Positions 15,950 through 24,080 of a DNA stretch of 32,000 nt are shown here, in pieces. Position numbers and translations under genes: made by a program. The DNA lies in NCBI GenBank assembly GCA_943789275.1, contig CALSTM010000003.1, positions 450,001-482,000 of the forward strand, in the 5' to 3' direction. The notes under the pieces were generated by a model. It made no database searches. It was not told the origin of the DNA and worked only from the letters and a program-made list of their open reading frames with translations. Numbering within the stretch: the stretch's first letter is position 1; each line of letters opens with the position of its first letter. This stretch comes from Candidatus Poseidoniaceae archaeon. Its GTDB lineage: Archaea > Thermoplasmatota > Poseidoniia > Poseidoniales > Poseidoniaceae.

Positions 15950-16798
15950 TCAATTCAGTTTGACACGGTATCGATTTCTACCGTTTGCATACATCGTGAT
16001 TGAACCTGATGAGGACACACACACTGCGATGCCTTCGACCAGTTGCGAAATCGCTCTTGCTGCCAAATGACGTCCGCCTTCGCCCGGTTTCGGAGTTATT
16101 CCTGCAGGGACCTGAATGTAACGCCCAGCATCACTTGCGATTCCTTCTCGATTAAACAAAATTGCACCGTCGAGCCACGCGAACTCAGCCAGTGTTTCGT
16201 GATTGAGCTGGTCCAGAATACTTCTCTTCTCAGGCGGGTGGCCTTTGAATGGATTCAGAACCAGAGCAGTTGTGTGTTTTCGAAGCGCAGGTAGCGCACC
16301 AAGGGCGAACAAGGCGCCGATGGCATGACCTTCCCGACCTCGTGAACCAATGTGCCGGGCCAATTGCATCATTTTGGTGAGAACTTCCAAATCGATACCG
16401 TAATCTTGGGCCAAGGTTGCAAATCGATTGGAATTAAGGTTCGAGGTGTCAACAACAATGACGCCGTCAAGCGGTTCAGCCAAAACAACGAGCAAACGCT
16501 CCCCACTGGCAAGGTTTCCTTCCCCAATGGCTTGAAGAACCAAATCGTGCATGTGGTTGAGTACTCCAAGACCCTGAGAGGACAGACTTTCTTCAAGCAG
16601 AGAGCATTGAATTCCCGATTCATGGAGTGCTTCAACAACCCGGCTTTGACTGGAGAGAACGTTCAAAGCCAGGTCATCGGGCAGAACTTCAGCCACCATC
16701 TTGACCTTTCGAACGCTGTTTGCAAGCATCAGTACGGACTGAAAGGAGCGGCGTTCGCTGCTCAGTGTACTTGTGACCATCGCTGCGAGGTCGACCAT
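15950..16798 (-). CDS. dacZ: Diadenylate cyclase, archaeal DacZ-like (N-terminal regulatory domain plus C-terminal DAC domain)
   Basis: DAC-domain motifs GALFALG, LNPFKGH, DGAILFN, GGRHLAARAIS. The ATG at 16798 is preceded by GAGG that overlaps the upstream stop. The 77-codon upstream extension in the ORF track overlaps the macro gene and is discounted. Confidence 0.75.
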   Translation of the reverse strand: MVDLAAMVTSTLSSERRSFQSVLMLANSVRKVKMVAEVLPDDLALNVLSSQSRVVEALHESGIQCSLLEESLSSQGLGVLNHMHDLVLQAIGEGNLASGERLLVVLAEPLDGVIVVDTSNLNSNRFATLAQDYGIDLEVLTKMMQLARHIGSRGREGHAIGALFALGALPALRKHTTALVLNPFKGHPPEKRSILDQLNHETLAEFAWLDGAILFNREGIASDAGRYIQVPAGITPKPGEGGRHLAARAISQLVEGIAVCVSSSGSITMYANGRNRYRVKLN

Positions 16799-16808
16799 TA
16801 TCGTCGCC

Positions 16809-17438
16809 TCAAGCGGAGGTAGAGTCGAAACCAGGAAGTTGATCTTCTGTTTCACGATAGACTGTTCGCATGTTTGAAATGAAGTTCTTTTCTTTGACCA
16901 CGATGGTGTATTCGGAAATACCAGGGTCTTCTTCACCGTCAAGAACGGCAAGGAGGATTTCAAGCGTGAGCCTTGCACCTTCTCGATGTGGGTATGCAAA
17001 GATGCCCATGGACAGAGGCGGTGAGACAATTGTTTTCACATCATCCAATTCCGCGAGCGTTGCAAACAGGTTTTCGTAGGTTTCTGGAAGTAGAGTTCGT
17101 CGTGCTTCGTCTTGGTTTGGTCGTCGGCAGTCCGGTCCGACGACGTGAATGATGTGCTTGTAGTTGGATGAAAGAGCGAAAGGTTCGGTGACGACGTTTT
17201 GAGTGACGGCACAAGGTGGAGCGTTTATTTTACGCATTTCTAAGCAAATATTACGCGTAACTTGAGTGAGTTCTTCGCCTGCTTTTGCGTGGATTTGAGC
17301 ATCAAGGCCTTCTCTTCCTGAGAGTCTGTTGTTCGCAGGTGTAATCAATACATCTCCGCTGTGATTCCATACATCTCCGCCAACAACGCGAAGAATTCCC
17401 CATTTGCATGTCCGAGCCATGTAGAGTTCTGCCATCAT
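16809..17438 (-). CDS. Macro-domain protein (MacroD-like ADP-ribose / O-acetyl-ADP-ribose hydrolase)
   Basis: VVGGDVWNHSGDVLITPANNRLSGREGLDAQIHAKAGEEL and SPPLSMGIFAYP match the macro-domain core. Candidate starts are 17438, 17435 and 17420. The longer track ORF overlaps the divergent giant gene. Confidence 0.8.
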   Translation of the reverse strand: MMAELYMARTCKWGILRVVGGDVWNHSGDVLITPANNRLSGREGLDAQIHAKAGEELTQVTRNICLEMRKINAPPCAVTQNVVTEPFALSSNYKHIIHVVGPDCRRPNQDEARRTLLPETYENLFATLAELDDVKTIVSPPLSMGIFAYPHREGARLTLEILLAVLDGEEDPGISEYTIVVKEKNFISNMRTVYRETEDQLPGFDSTSA

Positions 17439-17593
17439 CACAGCAAGAGAGGCCACCTTACTTATCAAGTTCGCAGTTTTCTCATGAAAATGTTTAATTT
17501 TTGGATTTTTGGCTCTGCCGAATACGGGCAGTCTCCATCGTCGTAGTGACTTAATGGCGGCATTTCTAAACGGTATTACTTGTGCACCGATGC

Positions 17594-20500
17594 ATGGACA
17601 GGAGGTTTTCGAGTCTTCTGATGGCTTTGCTGTTCTTACTTGGCAGTGCTTCTTCTCCCTTGCTTGAACACGCGAAAGACGACTCCGAAACTGCAGAAAC
17701 CAAACCATCGCACACCCTTCGTGATGCGTTTGCTGGGTTTTTTAGTGATTCCAGCGATGAAATGTGGAACCAAACTCCTTGGTTCGATGTCGCTCAGCCT
17801 CACGGATTTGACTTTCTCACCGTGTATGATTACTCTGATGTCGGCGTTTTAATCAACAACAATTCTGAAGCCAGCCGCACGATTGGCTGGGCTTTTGTTG
17901 AAGCACGAAACATCCCAGAGGAGAACATCTTCATTTTCAATAATTCGAGTGCGCCAACGAAAGAAACCATCAACAGAGACCAGTTCGACCAATACTTTGC
18001 TGCTCCGTTTTTGGAAATGCTTGCGAACCGTTCAGCGGAAACCGACCTGAATTACCTCGTGTCTACCAAAGGAATCCCATTGCGCATCAGTGGTGGGAAT
18101 AACAAAGCGAGCTTTGACCAAGAATTCTCCTTGTTGGGTGGAAGTTATTCATCCAGCATCGGTTCGGATTATTGGGTAGAACACGACTATGGGCCTTTAG
18201 CAGGGAACTCAATGGAAGCCTTTTCTCGAGACCAGTACGGTTTTTTCTTGATGACCCGGCTGACTGGATACACCGTTGAAACCGCATTAGGTTTGATTGA
18301 AAAAGCCAACAACAGCCTCGGAGAGCGAGGAGTTTTTGCCCTCGATTTAGCGACCAACCGAAACGGTTCTGGTTACAAGTTTTGGAACGATGACCTTTAC
18401 GCTGCAGACGCAGTACTCAATGGAAGCATGGGTTTGCCGACAGTGTTTGACCAAACAACCCAGTTCTTGACCAACGTGACCAACGTCATGGGGTATGCTT
18501 CATGGGGCTCAAACGACGGTAATTGGAACGATAACAAGTTACCGAACTCTGGATTCAATACTCTGGATGCAAGTTATTCCAGCGGGGCGCGATATTGGAA
18601 TGCCACCTTGCCCACACTTTCTTCGGGGGACACGTTCGAATGGAGCACGCAATCAGATGTCAAGCGAGACGGCAACAATGCTTTGCAGGCCTCCATTTCC
18701 GCAGTATGTACTCAAGAGCCAGGGAACGGAACCCAAGGCCTTCTCGCTGAATTTTTTGATAACAACGGTGTGAGTTTCAGCACCGCTTCAATGCCGTTGC
18801 TCATCGACAGAGTTCCAGACCACGTACGACTCGAATCATCGTTGCAATATTCGTCCTCGTCCCAAGCATATCCGGGGCTCGACAACCGCTTCCAAAACGA
18901 TTGGGGCGCTCGTTTCAGTGGCCTCATTGATGTCCCAGAGACGGGGAATTGGACGTTCTATCTCACATCAGATGATGGTTCTGAACTGTGGGTGGATGGT
19001 CAGAGTTTGGTGACGAATTACGGCTCACACGGCATGCGGGAAATGTCTCAATACACGCAAATCAATGCTGGAAAGCACGATTTCCGAGTCGAGTTCTTCC
19101 AAGGCGGTGGCCCTCACGGATTGCAACTTTCATGGGAGGGTCCTAACCAGAGCAAGGCGTTTATTCCATCCTCCGCCTTTTCACTGTCGGGCTCGTATAT
19201 TCCTTCTGAGGACAACCTCATTCATCACTGGGATTTCGAGGACGGCAGCGGTAACGAGGCTCAAGACTCTGCCAACTCGACGACACCTCTTACACTCAAC
19301 AACATGAATTCCAGTAATTGGAAGACCTGTGTAGACGGTTCTTGTCTTTGGTACGACGGCGTGGATGATTACATCGAAGTTGATGTTGATGATTGGGTTG
19401 GGGATTTTACCGTGAGTCAGTGGGTTTGGGCCAACAATTCTTCACAACCAACGTATGCATCCGTGTTCGCTGTGGATGATGCAGCCGGCTCAAACGGTTC
19501 GTTCCAACATGCGGTGATCAACGGTGAATGGAAATTGCATACCAATCAATCGCAAACATTCGGCGCTGTTCAAGCACAAGAATGGACCCACCTTGTCACT
19601 GTTTTCGAGGGTGGGACGGCCACACAATACTTGGATGGGGTTCTGGTTGGCTCGACAAGTTACCCTTCCGGGAGTTTGAATAATTTAGAACTCTACAAGC
19701 TCGGAGTGAACCGTGCCGGCTCTGCTTACTTCGAAGGAATGATTGACAACGTCATGGTGTGGGATGTGGCCTTGGAAGATGACGAAATCACTGCCCTTCA
19801 CCGTGACATCTATCGGGATTGTTCAGCGTATTCAGGTACCGGTCAATCCGTAGCATCAATAGAACAAACTTTTGCTCTGCCTCACCATCTGAGAGACCAT
19901 GCATGGTTGATTTCACTTTACGGCCAACGGACTGGAGATGTGTATGGGGATTTCATGATGGAAGTCGATTCGTTCGATGTGAACGGGACACTCCTCGCCA
20001 GCAATCAATCCGATTCGAAGATTTTTGCACCGTCATGGGAAGTGGAAACGATGCGTTTCCGTCCGCCGGCAGATGCGGTAACCCTTCGAGTACGGGTGCC
20101 CCTTGACATCGTAGCAACTTCGACCGACGGTTCAGTGTATCTTGATACCATGAACTTGCATCCAATTCTTCCACACAACACTTGGGTCAACGGTTCAATT
20201 GCGGAAACTGCAGTCTCCACGGGTGGGCGTTCATTTGACCCCAACACCGCTTATGGGCAATCGCTCATCGCTGATTTACTCGAGGACGGGGTGTCTGGTG
20301 TCAAGGGTTACGTCTACGAACCGTACCTCACTGCAGTTGGCTCTCCGAGCACCTTACTGAGCATGTATGCTCAAGGGTTTAATTTGGCGGAAGCTCATGC
20401 TGCGGCCAATCTTCAGACCAGTTGGATGGGCGTTACCGTAGGGGATCCTAAAATGGCGCCTTATGCGGATCTCCATCACGACATCAACATCTTTGGTGTT

Positions 20501-22843
20501 CGGCAACTTGGCAATGCTTCTTACATGCAACCTTCTCAACTCCAACTCGCCATCGAAAACAGAGGCATGTCGGCCTCCAATGGTTCACTTTTGGTTCAGG
20601 ATATCCAAGGTAACATCGAACTCTATGACGGCAATATTTCGCTTCCAGCAGGAGATGTAAGTGGTTCACGAGTTCTGTACAATTTGACGATAACACCGGA
20701 AAAGACGGGTTGGATGGACTTGCGTATACGGTACACGAATTCCAGCAACGGCTCCTATGAACGCAATTTGAGCAACAATCTCGTGACGCTACGAATCTGG
20801 GTAAACGCTCCCCCAGTGGTCGAAAGCATCTATTGCGATTCGGAAGTGTATGCGCGTGGTGACAACTTCATTTGCACCATTGAAGCATCCGATGACGTGA
20901 ATGTAACTTCTGTTGATTTGGAATGGTCCGTTGCAGCGAATGTTTCGAACCTCTCTGGATTGGAGTGGACATCACAAGCCACCGGTCGTATTGATGCGCA
21001 ACGTTGGCAGGCATCGATTACTCTCCCCACTACGCTTCCGCTCGGTGCCCTCGTGTTACGAGCCACTGCTCATGACCAAAGCATGCAGCAAGGTTACCTG
21101 CTCGACGCATCGGTAGCCGCAGTCGTCGACGCACAAGCACAATGGTTTGGCCCTCACATCAGTGGCGTTGATTCTCCGACTTGGTCGGGTATCAATCAAC
21201 TCCCTTACCAGCCGTTGAGCAAGATGTATCGGGGTGAAGTGACTCAATGGAAGGTCTGTGTTCTTGATGCAGATTTCAATCAAACGACTCAACAACCGAC
21301 GCTCATCGCTTCTGCAGGTATCCTTGGAAACATGAGTTACGAGCAACAAGATGGCAACAACCACCATTGCTATCTTGGCGAATACGAGCGCGAAGTGAGT
21401 TCTCCTTTGAACGATGTAACGTTTGAAGTTCGCCATTCATCTGGTCTATTGCTGAACACCCGAGTCATTTCGGTCGGCGACCGTGCTCCAACGGCCGTGA
21501 TTGATATTATCGATGACGAGGGGGTCGTTTTGGACAGCGTTCGGGGTGGAGGGAATGAATTCGCTCGCATCATGCTTGCAGACGCGGATGATCCTCAATC
21601 TTCAGCGACTGGCGATTTACACATCGACTGGCCAGGAGCCGAACGAAGAACCATCCCGGTAGGTGGCTCAGATATCAGTACTCCAATTTTGATTGAATTA
21701 CCATCGGTCTCAACGGCTTTGGAAACGGGAGAATTGACCTTGCTCTTGGAGATGACCGGTCAGCATGGCTCAACGTTTACTCAGCAGTTTGGCTTACCGC
21801 TTCTTTTGACGACCCCAGTTCTTGTTGCTGCTTACCTTTGCGATGAGAAAGGACCCATTGATTCATTGCGGTTTGGCCAATCTGGTTACATGCTTGTCCA
21901 TCTTCAATCCGAACGGCCAATCGACCGATTGCAAGCTACACTTTCTCAACTGGGCTGGGCGGTCGATGCCCCATCGCTTGGCTCTGTTGACCCGAACAGT
22001 ACCTCTTTGGAATCGTGTGCATCGTTCCCTCTCTTCCAAGAATTTGACGCTCTTTACAAGTTTAGATTGCGCCTTGATGGCACATTCATCGATGGAGAAG
22101 GCCAAGTTCTGTTTACCGCACGTGACATCGACGGATTGGTTCGTTCGTTAAACCTCGAAGTACCGTTCTATCACGCTATGCCCCAAACTACGCTTGATGT
22201 TCTGGAAAACAAATCAGCGGGAGAACTTCTTTCGTTCACCGGGAATGTTGTCGATCAAGACGGTACGGATGACATTGAATGCACGGGACGGATTTACCAA
22301 GGTGACCTCTTGCTTGCTGAATTGCAAACCTCTTTGTTGCCTAACTCTCCTACTTCTGCTGACATTCAATTTCAATTCCCTACCACTGGAGCACTGAACA
22401 ACGCTACTCTCTTGGTATCTGTGACATGTACCGATTCATGGGTTCAATCGGACACTTCCGAGTTGAATCTAACATTGTTACCTGAACCTCCTTGCGAGGA
22501 TTGCAATCAAACGGTAGCAACCAATGAATCCGAAGAAATCAACTCGCTGACCGTGCCTCTGTTACTGGGAGGGGTTGGCGTTTTGGTTGTTCTTCTGGGC
22601 ACTGCTTTATTGCGTCGTAAGACCAAAGGAGAAGACACGCCGTTGTGGGATGTCGTTGACGAGCCACCGAGTGAAGAACCAACGTTGGAGCCTTCCTCCA
22701 TCAACGCACCTTCTCTTCAAGTTCCTTCGGGTTGGAGCAATGAACAATATCGAATCTGGTTGGAGGGGGAAATGCCGGACGGTTGGACATTGGGGCAATG
22801 GATGGAATTCACCGATGAACAATTGGAGCTCCTCGGTCCGTAG
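17594..22843 (+). CDS. Giant type-I membrane-anchored surface protein (about 1750 aa): TIGR03790-like halves flanking PA14, LamG and CBM-like modules, then CARDB/Ig-like repeats, a TM helix and a cytoplasmic tail
   Basis: Uninterrupted 5.2-kb ORF. Signal peptide MDRRFSSLLMALLFLLGSASSP. PA14 at nt ~18734-19171. Laminin_G_3-like at nt ~19214-19801. TM helix at nt ~22547-22612. 76-aa tail. Confidence 0.85.
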   Translation: MDRRFSSLLMALLFLLGSASSPLLEHAKDDSETAETKPSHTLRDAFAGFFSDSSDEMWNQTPWFDVAQPHGFDFLTVYDYSDVGVLINNNSEASRTIGWAFVEARNIPEENIFIFNNSSAPTKETINRDQFDQYFAAPFLEMLANRSAETDLNYLVSTKGIPLRISGGNNKASFDQEFSLLGGSYSSSIGSDYWVEHDYGPLAGNSMEAFSRDQYGFFLMTRLTGYTVETALGLIEKANNSLGERGVFALDLATNRNGSGYKFWNDDLYAADAVLNGSMGLPTVFDQTTQFLTNVTNVMGYASWGSNDGNWNDNKLPNSGFNTLDASYSSGARYWNATLPTLSSGDTFEWSTQSDVKRDGNNALQASISAVCTQEPGNGTQGLLAEFFDNNGVSFSTASMPLLIDRVPDHVRLESSLQYSSSSQAYPGLDNRFQNDWGARFSGLIDVPETGNWTFYLTSDDGSELWVDGQSLVTNYGSHGMREMSQYTQINAGKHDFRVEFFQGGGPHGLQLSWEGPNQSKAFIPSSAFSLSGSYIPSEDNLIHHWDFEDGSGNEAQDSANSTTPLTLNNMNSSNWKTCVDGSCLWYDGVDDYIEVDVDDWVGDFTVSQWVWANNSSQPTYASVFAVDDAAGSNGSFQHAVINGEWKLHTNQSQTFGAVQAQEWTHLVTVFEGGTATQYLDGVLVGSTSYPSGSLNNLELYKLGVNRAGSAYFEGMIDNVMVWDVALEDDEITALHRDIYRDCSAYSGTGQSVASIEQTFALPHHLRDHAWLISLYGQRTGDVYGDFMMEVDSFDVNGTLLASNQSDSKIFAPSWEVETMRFRPPADAVTLRVRVPLDIVATSTDGSVYLDTMNLHPILPHNTWVNGSIAETAVSTGGRSFDPNTAYGQSLIADLLEDGVSGVKGYVYEPYLTAVGSPSTLLSMYAQGFNLAEAHAAANLQTSWMGVTVGDPKMAPYADLHHDINIFGVRQLGNASYMQPSQLQLAIENRGMSASNGSLLVQDIQGNIELYDGNISLPAGDVSGSRVLYNLTITPEKTGWMDLRIRYTNSSNGSYERNLSNNLVTLRIWVNAPPVVESIYCDSEVYARGDNFICTIEASDDVNVTSVDLEWSVAANVSNLSGLEWTSQATGRIDAQRWQASITLPTTLPLGALVLRATAHDQSMQQGYLLDASVAAVVDAQAQWFGPHISGVDSPTWSGINQLPYQPLSKMYRGEVTQWKVCVLDADFNQTTQQPTLIASAGILGNMSYEQQDGNNHHCYLGEYEREVSSPLNDVTFEVRHSSGLLLNTRVISVGDRAPTAVIDIIDDEGVVLDSVRGGGNEFARIMLADADDPQSSATGDLHIDWPGAERRTIPVGGSDISTPILIELPSVSTALETGELTLLLEMTGQHGSTFTQQFGLPLLLTTPVLVAAYLCDEKGPIDSLRFGQSGYMLVHLQSERPIDRLQATLSQLGWAVDAPSLGSVDPNSTSLESCASFPLFQEFDALYKFRLRLDGTFIDGEGQVLFTARDIDGLVRSLNLEVPFYHAMPQTTLDVLENKSAGELLSFTGNVVDQDGTDDIECTGRIYQGDLLLAELQTSLLPNSPTSADIQFQFPTTGALNNATLLVSVTCTDSWVQSDTSELNLTLLPEPPCEDCNQTVATNESEEINSLTVPLLLGGVGVLVVLLGTALLRRKTKGEDTPLWDVVDEPPSEEPTLEPSSINAPSLQVPSGWSNEQYRIWLEGEMPDGWTLGQWMEFTDEQLELLGP

Positions 22844-22897
22844 TGGGGATGCAGAGAAGGGTTGATGTGCTTTGAGCACCTGGTAGGTTTGATTGCC

Positions 22898-23131
22898 ATG
22901 GCGGTAGGATATGTCTTGATTAATGTTGCACCAGGCAAAGAACATGAAGTTTACATGGCGGTGAAAGATATGCCAAACGTCGATGACGCGACTCTCTTGT
23001 TTGGAGATCATGACCTCATCGTGAAACTCGTTGCTGACAGTTTGGCCATCATTGCCCAATCGGTTGTTGAATCAATCCGTCAGATACCCGGCATCATTGA
23101 TACCAAGACTCTTGCTGGAGCCGAATTATAA
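22898..23131 (+). CDS. Stand-alone Lrp/AsnC-type RAM (ligand-binding) domain protein, no HTH
   Basis: MAVGYVLINVAPGKEHEVYMAVKDMPNVDDATLLFGDHDLIVKLVA...IPGIIDTKTL fits the about 75-aa AsnC_trans_reg/RAM fold pattern. Alternative ATG at 22865. Confidence 0.7.
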   Translation: MAVGYVLINVAPGKEHEVYMAVKDMPNVDDATLLFGDHDLIVKLVADSLAIIAQSVVESIRQIPGIIDTKTLAGAEL

Positions 23132-23257
23132 CTTCCAATTTGAGAACCCGTTTCTGCGGCTCTGCACAACCGGTGCACTGAGGCTCAACAGTCACAAAAA
23201 CGGTTTCGGAATGGGGTACTGCGGAGACTATACGGCGCAGTATACCGTTTAATCGGG

Positions 23258-23298
23258 AAAAGTACTATATACTCTATGGGACTGTCAAGTATCGGAGG
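23258..23298 (+). promoter_or_regulatory. Putative MC1 promoter and ribosome-binding site (A-rich BRE-like stretch, TATATA box, GGAGG)
   Basis: gggaaaagtacTATATAc, with TATATA at 23266-23271, 42 nt before the ATG. GGAGG at 23294-23298, 9 nt before the ATG at 23308. Confidence 0.5.
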
Positions 23299-23307
23299 AA
23301 ATCCAAA

Positions 23308-23571
23308 ATGTCTGATAAAAAATACTTTGTTCTCATGGAGAACGGAAAAGATACGAGCCAGGTTTTTGCTAGCAAACAACCACGCGGCGCAGCCCTCAAA
23401 GCTGCAACCCGCGGACACACGAACATACGCCTACGTGAGCGTGGCACCAAGCGTGTCCACGTCTTTAGTGGCAGTATTAGCATGGTTGACAAGCCAGCTA
23501 ATGGACCAGCTTGGCTTCCTGACAAGATCAAGAAGGCAAACGTCAAGAAGTCCGGAATCGAACACCTTTGA
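23308..23571 (+). CDS. Archaeal chromatin protein MC1
   Basis: Close match to my memory of Methanosarcina MC1: KQPRGAALKAATRG, IRLRERGTKRVHVF, PAWLPDKIKKANVKK. The 87-aa length is also typical. Confidence 0.85.
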   Translation: MSDKKYFVLMENGKDTSQVFASKQPRGAALKAATRGHTNIRLRERGTKRVHVFSGSISMVDKPANGPAWLPDKIKKANVKKSGIEHL

Positions 23572-23598
23572 GTTCTGATTTAACTTCTGTATGTTTTC

Positions 23599-23620
23599 CA
23601 AACTTGCTGTTGCAAGTTTG
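23599..23620 (+). terminator. Perfect 9-bp hairpin downstream of MC1 (candidate terminator)
   Basis: caaacttgc-tgtt-gcaagtttg, a perfect 9-bp stem with a 4-nt loop. It starts 28 nt after the MC1 stop. It is preceded by gtttt and the 3' arm ends in tttgtt. Confidence 0.5.
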
Positions 23621-23645
23621 TTCCCGTAAGGGTCGCCGCTTCTTT

Positions 23646-23661
23646 TCCCTCTTCGGAGGGA
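23646..23661. terminator. Perfect 6-bp hairpin with a TTCG loop between the convergent MC1 and DoxX genes
   Basis: tccctc-ttcg-gaggga, 11 nt beyond the DoxX stop on the minus strand. It could serve either transcript. Confidence 0.4.
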
Positions 23662-23672
23662 TTAGAAGCCAT

Positions 23673-24071
23673 TTACTCTTTCTTACTTTTCCACTCTGCA
23701 ATCCAGAGCGCTAGCCCAATCATTCCGAATTGAGCAGTGGCACGTGCAATATGTGCTGATGTGGAAAATGAATTTCCGTCGATTGGAATATCATTGATCC
23801 ACATGTTCAGGTTAGCCCAGTAGACAAGGACGAGGAAGGCAGCCGTCCCCATTCCCCCTTTCTGCCTGGTTCGAGGATGAATCATCGACGCACCAAGAAG
23901 AATCTCAACAACTCCGCTGGCATAGACCCAGAACTCGGGTGCCCCAAGGATGTCGGGCACGATGGGGACAAAGAAACCAACATTGGTAAAATGCTGAATT
24001 CCAATCCAAACAAACGCGAAGCCAAAGCCGATGGCTGAGATTCGTCGGACGTTCTCGGTCGAAGTTACCAC
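23673..24071 (-). CDS. DoxX-family small integral membrane protein
   Basis: Four hydrophobic segments with a DoxX-like layout (FAFVWIGIQHF..., EILLGASMI, AAFLVLVYWANL, FGMIGLALWI). GTG start 9 nt after the sdhB stop. Confidence 0.55.
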   Translation of the reverse strand: MVTSTENVRRISAIGFGFAFVWIGIQHFTNVGFFVPIVPDILGAPEFWVYASGVVEILLGASMIHPRTRQKGGMGTAAFLVLVYWANLNMWINDIPIDGNSFSTSAHIARATAQFGMIGLALWIAEWKSKKE

Positions 24072-24080
24072 TTCATCGCC

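Noticed and set aside
16799-17029. A 77-codon N-terminal extension of the DacZ ORF overlaps the 3' end of the macro-domain gene.
   Set aside because: The extension has no DAC or regulatory-domain motifs and overlaps a well-supported gene in another frame. The internal ATG at 16798 has a GAGG ribosome-binding site and gives a protein of typical DacZ length.
17439-17708. A 90-codon N-terminal extension of the macro-domain ORF runs across the divergent promoter region into the giant gene's start.
   Set aside because: The macro-domain core begins about 10 aa after Met91/92. The extension is basic and low-complexity, and it would remove the promoter region of both genes.
20860-20868. An RGD tripeptide (EVYARGDNF) in giant protein 2, considered as a possible integrin-type adhesion motif.
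   Set aside because: A single tripeptide is expected by chance in a 1750-aa protein, and the motif has no known relevance in this setting.
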